From positions 14,446,001 through 14,510,000 of the forward strand of contig JBHGNT010000006.1 in the NCBI GenBank assembly GCA_043228905.1: a stretch of DNA of 64,000 bases. Direction: 5' to 3'. The notes under the pieces were generated by a model. The model saw only the letters and a program-made list of their open reading frames with translations. It was not told where the DNA came from and searched no databases. Position 1 is the first letter of the stretch; the number at the start of each line of letters is the position of its first letter. Of the stretch, positions 24,601 to 35,823 are shown piece by piece. The stretch comes from Azolla caroliniana. Taxonomy: Eukaryota > Plantae > Polypodiophyta. A program made the translations under genes and the position numbers.

Positions 24601-26568
24601 AGCATTAGTGAATGAAACTCTTTCCGATTTTATCATTGACTGAACATTCATGGTGCTATCTGCAATACATACCTCATTAGCACCCCATACATAACCAGAG
24701 AACTGAAGTATGTTTGTTTTTGCTTGATGTGGCTACAAGAAACAAGAAACTTCATACAATCAAAACCCTTTCTCCAGTAAAGTATAGCCAGCTAAATAAG
24801 AAGTTTAGACACATAACCCAGAAGCTAATACTTGTTTGATATAAAGTATTTTTAATTTTAGCTAAACTCCAACAGTAAGGACCATAGTTCCTGATTGAAT
24901 CGTTAAAATACACAAACAATTATTAACCTATACTCCACAACTATGTAAGTAGAAAGAAGCTAGTACTCCCAGTATGCATTCCCTCAATATTCACGCAATA
25001 ACACCTAAAATCCAATTGCAGGGGTATTATTTACTGATTTAATTGCTCAAAACTTTAATGCGCATACAAATTAAAGGCTGCCTATTATAAATAATTGCTA
25101 CCAAATTCAATATTCACAGATTTGTAAACTTTTCTTGAACTAAAATGCTAATTCCTCTTGACTAGTTTTGTACAAAAGGGGAAAATCAACGTCATGCTAA
25201 GCAGCATAATATTCATGCATCAGCATTAAGGATGTAGATTTCCAAAGGGAAAAAGAAAAAGAAAAAGAAAAATAGGTGCACAAACTACCATATCTGAATC
25301 TGCAATACAAATAAATATCTGAATCAGCCATTTATCTATATTTGTATTGCAGATTCAGCCATTTATCTATATTGCTTTAGATAGTACTCCAATTCGTAAT
25401 AAAAAATCTTCTTGGGACCATACCTTTATACGCTTGCCAAAAATAAGCTTGTGCAGGAGTTGCACAGGCTCATCACTTCCTTTGCGCTTTGAAAACTTAA
25501 AATCAACTGCAAATCCTTTTAGGTTTAGTATGTACAAGTGGTTACATGACCAACATTACAAACTTTTGGCGGGATTTTCCATGACTAAAGATTAGTTTTG
25601 TGAATCAGACAAAGAACATCAATGTTTCCGAGAATTTGTTATTATAACAAATCATTAGAAACAATTTAAACACATGGATAGCTCACCATTAGGGATGTCT
25701 TTAAGCCGTGTTCCAGAACCCTGTACCGCAATCCAAGAAAACATTTCAGATTCTTTAAGAGTTTGGATGCTATGTTATTTTTCCACCAAGGAAGAAGATT
25801 TTGACATTTTTCCCATGAGGGAAACTGTACCTCATATCACTTAGAGTTATGGGCTCTCTTAGCCAAGACAGAGCATACCTAGGTCAGGAGGAAAGTTTTG
25901 GGATTACAATGTCCCACGTTCCCTGAAGTTTCATTACAATGTTCAGCATTATAAGATTATCGAGCAATGTGGGAAAGCGAGTTAATATGTTCCCTATAAT
26001 ATTGAACAGTATGAGCGTTTGTGGCAAGGTTGAGCATACCTACCATGCCTATAGGTATGTATGCTCCGCCTCACCCCCAGAATTTCAGGTCCTAACCTGC
26101 CATATGAGCATCATAACGAGAAAAATTTCTACTTCATGTTACCCATGTGTATATGGCTATGGATGTTCACTCATGCCTGTCTAGGTATGCTTGGCCTTGC
26201 CTCCAAAACCTCAGAATGTTAGATCATCATAGTGGCAACAATGTCTAAGACTTCTCGGACATAATCATGCAATTCATCTATCGAAACCAATGCTTTTTAC
26301 ATACCTTTGCTAGTTTGAATTTCTGGACCTTATCCTTAACAGCTGAGCTCGAGAAACGATCGATGCTCTTCCTTTCACGAGCAGGTCGGTCAAGAAGCAA
26401 GGTAGTAGAAACTACGGCCTTCTCTTCCTTGTTTTTATGAGCTTGTTGTGAAGACCTCTTTCTGGAGATATTTTTGGGTTGTTCTTCATTGACTTGAGGT
26501 TCAATAGATACTTCCTTTCCTTCATTTTCCTGCTCTGTTGAATGAGTTTCTTCGTAATTCTCATGCAT
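21611..26568 (-). CDS. DEK: DEK domain-containing chromatin-associated protein, 11 coding exons, ~618 aa
   Basis: Exons 26568-26305, 25720-25687, 25506-25424, 24732-24673, 24299-24189, 24035-23955, 23785-23714, 23433-22845, 22655-22564, 22461-22431, 22050-21611 join in frame with GT-AG; motifs RPARERKSIDRF, GSGTRLKDIPNV, NILQFSGYVW, KEKLDKCVKE, FLESPH, DEK_C PSDEELRAAICEFL..DF..VTFTDVVKQL..FDVDL; probable 5' UTR exon with donor at 27079. Confidence 0.9.
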
Positions 26569-27043
26569 ATTGATGAGTCTAACAAAGCGCTCTTTGGATC
26601 TTTAAAGCAAAAGGATGCAAAATTTAACGAATGAATAAAAATAATCTCTCCCCATTGAACACATTAATTTAACACAATTTAATACTTGAACACACAGTTT
26701 GAATCAAGAAATTCGACAGAATTTGGATCGAGAAATTTGACATAATTTGGGCCAAGAAATTCAATATATAGTTTGAGTGAAGCGATTCACCATGATTCGA
26801 GTGATGATTCAAACAAAAAGCTGACAAAAAATTGCAGAGTTTTACTGAATTTTAGTTACAAGTTGCAGAGTTTTACAAAGATGAATGGAATTTGCAAATT
26901 TCATTCAAAGGAATGACGAATTTACAGAATTCTACAAAACCTTGGCAGATAATTGCACAAAATGTTTACAAAACTTAACAGAATTCAGGCGTGTAGTAGC
27001 ATCGATGTCTAACATAATTTTGAATAGAATTTCATGCAAATTA

Positions 27044-27046
<3 letters not shown>

Positions 27047-27074
<28 letters not shown>
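27047..27074. repeat. (GA)n microsatellite at the start of the DEK 5' UTR intron
   Basis: Direct read; similar tracts at 14279-14334 and 47068-47108. Confidence 0.9.
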
Positions 27075-27080
<6 letters not shown>

Positions 27081-27775
27081 GAGAATGAGTCGTGAGGGTG
27101 AGTTAATAGACGCAGCAGGCAGAAATCCCTGCGGAGGCCTAATCTGAGAATTAAGGCGGACCTCAGCTATTTATCCATTCCAGTTCATTCGTGGAATTGA
27201 ATTCCGCTCCAAAAAGTAATAATGAGGAGAGAAAGGCTCCCCCTCCTTTTTTCTCTTACAATGTGAATGGGTATTTACTTACAATGGGTATTAATATGGT
27301 TACCCACTAACCACACTACACTACACTACATGGGTAGTAGAACATGTTGAATTGCCGATAAACAGGCAAGACGAACGCTCCACTGAGGAAAGAATTTCTA
27401 CTTGCTCCAATAAAGAAAATTGCCACATCAATACTCCCTTCAACTTTCGTAGATATGCTTTCACTCCATGTCTCCCATCGAATACAAAAGCGTTGTACAT
27501 GTTCCAATTATGACGCAATCCCCAACATCTCAGAAATAGAAAAACGATCTCCATCTCTGATTTTGGGTCAACCTGTGTAAATTGTGCAAACACCCACTGT
27601 CTAGGTGTCAAATAACACCATGATAAAACTTACCAAATCTGAGAAATGTAACTCCAAATCTAACAAGCAATCAGACATTATATAAATCGATGAGTGTCGG
27701 TTATGGCATCCAATAAGTATGCGGAAGTATGTGAGGACCTGTAGGTTATGTGCACAACAAACAACACAGAGAATA

Positions 27776-30700
27776 TGATAGAAGAGATAGAAACGTAGAC
27801 ACAATTCAAAGCTCTAATGGAAGTTCTCGTTATCCTATACCTGTTACTCTCTCAAAGACTCAAGATACCAGAAGATTTCGTTACAATGTTAGGCTTGAGC
27901 TTATATACTCAAGCCCTAATTTCAAGACGTGTTCACAATAGGATACAAGGTGGAAGGAGTTGGCCTTTTATGCCAACAAACTCGCCCGTACAAGGACTAC
28001 TCTTTCTTCATACAATTGTATGGGTTATCTCCCCCATAAACCTAGATTACATTTTTAATCTTAAGTTATGATTACAAGTTAGTCGGCACATAGCCGAGTC
28101 AACAGAGGTAGAATCGGTACCTAGCTTGATTCGACTAGTCATTTGGTTCGTTTTGTTCGAATCGGTCGGATCGACTCATTCCATAAACGTTTTGGGTTTG
28201 AGTCGGCTCATTTGTCTATATTGGCTCATGTCCGATTTTGACTCTCATCCATGGGTCGATGATCAACTTACCTTCTGCTCCATGCTCGGTGCTCTTTGAC
28301 TTGGTCTCTTGTCGTAGTCCCATCCTTGTCCTTAGTGCTCCGAAGCGTTGTTCTAGGAGTGGCTTCATTAGGCAATCAACGATGTTCACCTCGGTGTCGA
28401 TCTTCTGGACTTCGATCTTCTTTTCTGTTACTAGCTCCCGGATGTGATGATACCGCACCTCAATATGCTTTGTATTTGCATGATAGACAAGATTTTGATG
28501 AGGTGTATTGTGCTCTGTGAGTCGCAATAGATGGTTGGCGTTGGTCGGTTGATTTGGTTTGTTGTCGAGAAGTCGGTGCAACCAAATTGCTTCCTTCGTT
28601 GCCTCTGATGTGGCTATGTACTCTGCCTTTGTGGTTGACAGGGTTGTGCACTCTAGAAGTTTCGACCTCCATGATATGGCACCGCCACCATAGGTGAAGA
28701 TGTAGCCTAATGTCGACTTCCGATTGTCCAAATTCTTGGCGTAGTCAGAGTCGGTATAACCTTTGATTCCGGTCGGGTTTGTCGATCTGAAAGTAAGTTT
28801 TGCATCTTCGGTCCCTCTTAAGTACCTGAAGATGTGCTTGAAGGCCTCCCAATGCTTTCGTCCTAGGTTTGACATGTACTAGCTGACAACCCCTACGACA
28901 TATGCAAGGTTGGGTCGAGTTGCCACCATCACATACATGATACTTCCTACTGCCGATGTGTAGGGTATCTTTCATTGAGCTCTCTCTCCTTATCAGTCGA
29001 AGGAGAGTCTCTGTCCGATAATCGAATTGACATCGGAAGAGGTGTTGGTGTTGGCTTTCGTTCTCCATATTGAAGCGCTTCAACACTTTTTGGATGTAGT
29101 CGGATTGGGAGAGTCAAAGAGTCTTTCTCTTCCGATTTCGCTCGATCCTCATGCCAATTATGTGTCGAGCTTGTCCGAGTTCCTTCATCGTGAACTTGTT
29201 GTGAAGGCTCCACTTTCGCTTTCCAATTTCGGCTTGATTGCTTCCTACAATCAGCATGTCGTTGACATATAAGATCAAATAGATTTGGAACTCTCGGCCA
29301 GTTGCCGAGTATATAAACATGGGTCGGAGTCGGACCGACTGTAACCAAGCTGTTAGATGTAGGAGTTGAACTTTTGGTACCACATCCTCGACGCTTGTTT
29401 TAAGCCGTAAGGGCTTTTCTTTAATCGACATACGAGGTGACCTTCCTCTCCTGTCGTTGTGAAGCCTACTAGTTGAGACATATAGATGTCTTCTTCCAAG
29501 TCTCCGTGTAGGAAAGCCGTCTTAATGTCTAGTTGCTCAAGCTCGAGGTCCTCTATTGCCACGGCCTTGAGTAGGAGTCGATGGGTGGTCATCTTGACTA
29601 TTGGGGAGAAAATCTCGTCGTACTCGACCCTATGTTCTTGTTTGAACCCTTTCGTGAAGAGCCGAGCTTTGTATTTGGGCTTTTCCGAATCAGATACATA
29701 TTTGTACCTGAAGACCCATTTGCAGGATAACGACTTCCTTCCAACTAGTATTTGACCAGCTCCCATGTTTGATTCTGATGAATTGACTCCATCTCAGATT
29801 GCATGGCTTGTAGCCATGTGACGACATCTAGTGCGACTATGGCTTCTTTGTATGTGCTTGGTTCACTTGCATCGGTGTAGTTGACGTAGTCAAGGCCCGA
29901 TTGATAGAACTTTGTCGGCCTTCGAACTCGTCCGGATCTCTTGGGCACCGTATTGATCGGTTCAGATCCTTCCATTAGCTCTATCAATCAGATCGGAATT
30001 TGTTGAATCACTTATGTTAGGATTCTTGTTGGATGACTCGCCCTCTATAATAGGAGTTTGACTATCTCATGTCATCCTCCCCTGATTCGGGATCGATTGA
30101 CTTGCAAATAGGAGTCTTAGCCGACTCATGTCGGCTTTTCCCCTTAGCCTTTTTGGGTGTGTTGGCCGAATCGGCTCTGTCTTTTTCGACTTGACACTTG
30201 TTGGCTTTGCCTGTCTCAACTCTTGTCGATTCGGCTTTGCCTTGGTTGGCCAATGTTGATCTTGTCAATCTCTTAGTCGAATCCATTTCGTCTAGTAGAC
30301 CTCTTGCCGATTCAAAGTTGGTAGGTGTATTGTCAACTTGGTCTAGTTCGATTGTTCCTCGAATCTCTGATTCGGCTCGGTGGGTCGGTCTTTCTACGAT
30401 ATCGTTGTCGATATCGAAGGAGACCCTTTTACCAACTATTTTCTACTGGTTCCTCTCAAAGAAAATAGAGTCTTCCTTGAAGACTACGTCACTGCTCCGG
30501 ATCAGTTTTTGGTTCTCTAGGTCCCATAGGCTGTAGCCGAATTCCCTATCGGTTCCATAACCAAGAAATATGTATTTAGTTGCATGGGATGCCAACTTAA
30601 TCCTTTTCTCCTTGGAGATGAATGGGTAGGCTTCGCATCCGAATATATGGAGCTTATCGTAGGGTAGTTGTTTGCCTGACCATTGTGTATGTGGCACTTC

Positions 30701-31226
30701 GAGCCTTATTGCTTTCAACGGTGATAGATTGATCAGATATACTGTCGTCTGCAATGCTTCGGCCCCAAACTCCAACTTTAGTCCGGATTGTTGGAGCATT
30801 GCCGACACCCTCTCTTGGATCATTCGGTTGATCCGTTTGGCCATTCCATTCTACATGGGTGTGTATGGAAGGGTCTTTTGATGTCTGATCCCTTTGTCGG
30901 ATAGGTACTATTTGAAGGCTCGGGAGGTGTACTCATCTCCGTTGTCGGATCAAAGTGTCTTCACTTTGTATCTTGATCGGTTCTCCACTTCAGTTGTCTA
31001 CCGAGTGAAGACCTCGAGCGCTTCGTCTTTCGACCTAATCGAATAGGCTCTAAACCTTCCGTGTATAGTCATCTACAAATGTGATGAAGTATAGGGAGCC
31101 ACCTAGTGATCGCTCAGACATAGGCCCACATATATTTGTGTGAACGAGCTCTAGGGGCTCTTGTACTGTCTTATAGTGGAGAGAGTGCGGACTTCGTGAC
31201 TGTTTCCCGTATTGACAATGCTCAAG
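27776..31226 (-). mobile_element. Degenerate Ty1/copia (integrase-RT-RNase H) with probable LTR at ~27776-28104; 5' part lost
   Basis: EHCQYGKQ..PLELVH, CKWVFRYK..YKARL, TAFLHGDLEE, LYVNDML, GYTDSDYA, KHIEVRYHHIRE; LTR limits tentative and no clear PPT. Confidence 0.88.
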
Positions 31227-31669
31227 AAGGCTATTGATAAACACTCTCCTTTACTTTCCATGGAAAAAATCCTAATTAGCTAATTAAAAGGAAGAATGAG
31301 ACATAAATGGGGGAAAATAATGAAAGTTACCTACGTTGTCCTGATGTGGGGAGTGTATAAGAGGAATTCAGATAAAATGGGAATATTAAAAAGGTTGATT
31401 GGTAGATCAAAGGTGTGAAAGAAAGACATTTTGTGACTATTATTATTATCATAGATTGACATATTTGTATTCATGGGGTTTCCCATTCGAATGCAAACAA
31501 ATACATATATGAATGCATGGTCAAGTATTCGTTAAAAAAGAGAAGAAGAGTACATGAACTCCCTCCTTTTTAGTTTCCTAAAATATAAAAAAGGGGACTA
31601 GACAATAAAAAGGGGACAATAAAAGAGGTACTTGACACTAATAAATTTTTATAATAAATGTAAAAGTAT

Positions 31670-32203
31670 TCATTTTATTTTTTAAAAATAAATAAAATAA
31701 AATAAAGGTTTATTAATTCCTCACTTTTTATTCTCCCAAAATTTATGGATATTTTTATTTGACACGTCACACTAATCATATTTCTATAATAAATATAAAA
31801 ATATTCATTATTTTTAAATAAATAAATAAAATAAAATAAAGGTTCATAAACTCCCTCCATTTTTATTTGACACTATAAAGGAGAGTTAATACTAATTATA
31901 TTTTTATAATTTATTAATGAATGATTTTCGTTTTAATGAATTTTCTTGGGGCCATTTCGTATTCTCGAATATTGCGAGTATCACGCATGGAGGATATAAC
32001 GAACATCACGCATGGAGAATATAACGAACATCACGCATGTGTAAATCTATTATTATTATTATTACTTAGAAATGAAAAAGCATGGGGTGTACTAAAATAA
32101 ATAAAAAACACATACTTTTTATTTGGGAAGAAAGATTCCTTCATCCTATAAAAGAGGGAAGAGAACGCAAACAAAAGAGGGGAGAAAGAAAGAGACACAG
32201 AAG
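31670..32203 (+). repeat. AT-rich LTR-like remnant with short direct repeats and TATA box
   Basis: 25-bp unit TCACGCATGGAG(G/A)ATATAACGAACA x2.4 at 31981-32039; repeated AAATAAAATAAAGGTT blocks; CCTATAAAAGAGGG at ~32145. Confidence 0.4.
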
Positions 32204-35200
32204 TGTCGAATACAAGTGTATAATGGACGTATTCACACTATCCCTTTGTATAGCTCAAGTTTGGGCCATTTGTGTAATTAGCATAAATGGTAGTTGCCCT
32301 AAGTTTGTCACTATATAAAGTGACCTAGTAACCTTTTTGTAAGGTTGGTTGTATTATTGTTTCTATTGAATAGAAAGAGTCTTTTGTGCCTCCTCTCTCT
32401 CTCTCTCTCTCTGTGCACGATCTTGGAAACTGCCATACGCAGGTACTCAACCCCAATCGAATGCTACTTGATCTTCCGCATTGACGGCCTTGTCTTCAAC
32501 ATCTGGTATCAGAGCGAGGTTCCTCAACCCGCTGTCGGCCGTCGTCTCAGCCTCCACAGCATTCGGTTCTTCGCGTCATCACAGCCTGCACAGTATTCGG
32601 CCTTTCGCTTCATCCTAGTCTGCAAAGCATTCGGTTTCCTGCGTCATTCGAAGAAAAAGAGAAGAAAGTAGGCAAACACAAGCTTGAATCTCGCTGCGTT
32701 AGATCATCACTCGGAGTAAGCCAGTCGGCTGTACTCTACTTCCTTGATCGTAACTGCTTGAGGTGGGCTTCCTGCACAACGACGACTTCAAGGACAACCC
32801 CAGTTCGTGTTTCATTCGATTGGACAATAATCGGAAGGACCAGTCGGTTCCATTGCTCTCACCGTTGCAGTCAACCGAAACCGAATCGGCTTGAAGTACT
32901 GTCGGATCGTTAAATCTAGGTTCAACTCGACTAAGACAGTTGTCGCGGTAGTCAATCCGAACCAAATCCCCGATTCTCCGTAATCAACATCACTTGTGTC
33001 CAACTTCGGCTAGAACGACACTGAGTGGGCCAAACCGCTGCACTTCACCAAAGTTCGTAGCCGACTTAGGGCAGAGTCATGACATCAACATCCGGCTCGT
33101 CAGAAATGAGTCTACGAAAGTTCGATGGATCGAACTTCAACTTCTGGAAGGAGCAAATGCAGGACTATCTCATAGTCAAGGGGCAAATCGATCCCATCGA
33201 AAATGAAGAACCTCCAGAAGGATACAAACCAATTGAGTGGCAGAAGCTGGACAGAATCGTCCGCGCCACGATTCGGATGCACCTATCGGAATCGGTATAC
33301 TTTACGGTGCAATCGTGTACGACAGCATTCGAACTGTGGAAAACACTGTCGGACACTTACGAAAAGAAGGTCGCCGCAACGAAGATGTTTCTGATCCGGC
33401 GCCTCTACAACTTGCGGATGAAAGAATCCGATTCGGTTCAAGCACACCTCAATGAGTACGAAAGCATAAGCTCCCAAATCTCGTCACAGGGGACGGCAAT
33501 CGAGGATGAACTCAGAGCAATGATACTCATGAGCAGCCTTCCCTCATCATGGGAAACTTTCGTCACAACCGTGTGTAACGCGTCAACCACGGCTGTTAAA
33601 TACTCCGAAGTCACGAGCGCAATCCTGACCGAAGCAGCTCGGAGAAAGTCTTTCGCCAAAGACTCAACAGACGACGCTTATGTAGTACAAGGTTCGACAG
33701 ACCGATCGAACATACGAGGAAGAGATTCCTCACGGCAGCCGAACAATCAGCGAAGACGGAGCCAGTCACGGGATAATCGAATCTGCAACTATTGTAAGAA
33801 ACCCGGACACATCAAAGCCGACTGCCGCACACTCAAGAACAAGAACGACAAGTCTCAGAAATCAGACAAGAAGAGTGGCCGGCATGAGGAGATCAATTAC
33901 GTTAGCTTCTCAGCTGATGTGCTACCAAACGACCCGAATATACTATCAATCGAAAATCCAGTCGGATCAGAAGTTCTGCTCACGACTGAAGAATCGAGCA
34001 CATGGCTCTTAGATTCGGGCGCGTCATTTCACGTGACTCCTCATCGATCCCAATTTCGGCAATATACGATCCGTCACTCCGACTCAGTTCGAGTCGGCAA
34101 CTCGCAACACTGTGACATCATTGGAATCAGCACAATAGAGCTCAACCTTGCAGGTGGCTCTACACTTGTACTTCACAATGTCCGACATGTACCCGAGCTC
34201 TCAAGGCCATTGATCTCAGTCGGACAACTAGATGAAGACGGCATTCGTGCCGGTTTTTCTTCGGGAGGGTGGACACTCCACAGGGGGAACCTCCTGCTTG
34301 CTAGAGGACCCAAGATACACTCACTGTATCCGTTACATGTTACGCTCAGAGAGGGTAACCTGTTTTTGGTGGATATTCCTGTGTCATCACTATGGCACAG
34401 AAGATTAGGACACCTCAGCAAGGCCGACATTACGCACCTATCTAGAGCCGGATACATCCCTAAACTCTCCTTCTCGGACCATCAATTCTGCGAACATTGC
34501 CAGTATGGCAAACAAGCAGCCGCATCACACCCGACATCAGCACCAAGAGAAACGAGACCTCTCGATTTAGTCCACTCGGACGTCTGTGGCCCAATGCCGC
34601 ATCAGTCTCTCGGCGGTGCCTCTTACTTCGTCAGTTTTATTGACGATTCGACTCGAAAGGTGTGGGCTTATCCAATTCGCACCAAAGATCGTGTCTTCTC
34701 GATCTTCTCCGATTGGCTCGCTATGGTAGAAAATCAAACTGACCGAAAACTGAAATGCTTTCGGACCGACAATGGGGGAGAGTTCAAATCAGAAGAATTC
34801 GTCAAATTCTGCCGACAACGCGGCATCCGACGTGAATTTACGGCACCACACAGTCCGGAGCAAAACGGGATTGCAAAACGCATGAATCGGACAATCCAAG
34901 AACGGATAGTTTCCATGCTCCAACACTCCGGACTGTCGGATGGCTTCTGGGCAGAGGCTCTACTCACGGCAGTACACATAATCAATATGTCGCCAAGCAG
35001 ACCTCTAGGACTTCAAATTCCTCAGGAACTATGGATCGGCAGTAAGCCGAATTACGACAAGCTGAGGATCTTCGGATGCGAGGCATACGCCCTTATTCCG
35101 AAAGATGATCGCCGAAAACTTGCACCTCGGTCCAGGAAATGCATTTTCCTTGGATATGGATCAGACGGCGAAATGGGATACCGACTCTGGGACCCCGAAT

Positions 35201-35778
35201 GCAAACAAATCGTTCGAAGTTCAGACGTTGTGTTCAACGAGTCGGCTATGAATCCATCAGTCAAAACACCGATCGAAGTCCGAAGGGTAACATTTTCCGA
35301 TGTGCCGACCCTTCAAGAAGGCCCCGCTCTTAACACACGGTCAGCGTCACGGGTAGCTGAACCTTCCACTACCGACTCGGACAACTCTGACTCGGCACAG
35401 CAGAATAATTCGCTTTCGGACCATCCGACCTCGATACCCGATACGACCAGTCCAATCATACCTCGACGATCCGAGAGACTGTCGCAACCTCCGGAGAGGT
35501 ATTCTCCTGGAATTTTCTTCACCGACGCCGGCGAACCGACGTCTTACGAAGAAGCATCGACATCTGTCGATTCAGCCACCTGGCATCTGGCGATGGAGTC
35601 GGAAATGCACTCCATTCGGGCAAACAAGACTTGGGATCTAGTCGAATTACCTAAGAATCGACGTGCTCTTCCTTGCAAGTGGGTTTATCGACTAAAAGAG
35701 ACGTCTGATTCGACCACCCCAAAGTACAAGGCCAGATTAGTTGCGAAGGGCTTCCGACAAGAATATGGCGTCGACTTT
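32204..35778 (+). mobile_element. Ty1/copia, 5' LTR 32204-32501, iMet PBS 32504-32515, truncated at the start of RT
   Basis: TGTCGAA...TTCAACA then TC-TGGTATCAGAGC; followed by a long leader and an uninterrupted polyprotein ORF. Confidence 0.92.
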
Positions 35779-35823
35779 ACATGGGACCGTCTGTCCCGAC
35801 TTGACTACTCTTCGACGCCATAA
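33079..35823 (+). CDS. Copia Gag-PR-IN-(RT start) polyprotein, open for ~900 codons; last ~15 codons are foreign sequence
   Basis: KFDGSNFNFWK, CNYCKKPGHIKADC, WLLDSGAS, LWHRRLGH, RTDNGGEF, CKWVY..YKARLVAKGFRQEYGVDF, then loss of homology. Confidence 0.9.
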   Translation: MTSTSGSSEMSLRKFDGSNFNFWKEQMQDYLIVKGQIDPIENEEPPEGYKPIEWQKLDRIVRATIRMHLSESVYFTVQSCTTAFELWKTLSDTYEKKVAATKMFLIRRLYNLRMKESDSVQAHLNEYESISSQISSQGTAIEDELRAMILMSSLPSSWETFVTTVCNASTTAVKYSEVTSAILTEAARRKSFAKDSTDDAYVVQGSTDRSNIRGRDSSRQPNNQRRRSQSRDNRICNYCKKPGHIKADCRTLKNKNDKSQKSDKKSGRHEEINYVSFSADVLPNDPNILSIENPVGSEVLLTTEESSTWLLDSGASFHVTPHRSQFRQYTIRHSDSVRVGNSQHCDIIGISTIELNLAGGSTLVLHNVRHVPELSRPLISVGQLDEDGIRAGFSSGGWTLHRGNLLLARGPKIHSLYPLHVTLREGNLFLVDIPVSSLWHRRLGHLSKADITHLSRAGYIPKLSFSDHQFCEHCQYGKQAAASHPTSAPRETRPLDLVHSDVCGPMPHQSLGGASYFVSFIDDSTRKVWAYPIRTKDRVFSIFSDWLAMVENQTDRKLKCFRTDNGGEFKSEEFVKFCRQRGIRREFTAPHSPEQNGIAKRMNRTIQERIVSMLQHSGLSDGFWAEALLTAVHIINMSPSRPLGLQIPQELWIGSKPNYDKLRIFGCEAYALIPKDDRRKLAPRSRKCIFLGYGSDGEMGYRLWDPECKQIVRSSDVVFNESAMNPSVKTPIEVRRVTFSDVPTLQEGPALNTRSASRVAEPSTTDSDNSDSAQQNNSLSDHPTSIPDTTSPIIPRRSERLSQPPERYSPGIFFTDAGEPTSYEEASTSVDSATWHLAMESEMHSIRANKTWDLVELPKNRRALPCKWVYRLKETSDSTTPKYKARLVAKGFRQEYGVDFTWDRLSRLDYSSTP

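Noticed and set aside
27776-28104. Solo LTR with TSD
   Set aside because: Flanks GAATA and GAGGT do not match; more likely the 3' LTR of the adjacent copia with the PPT lost.
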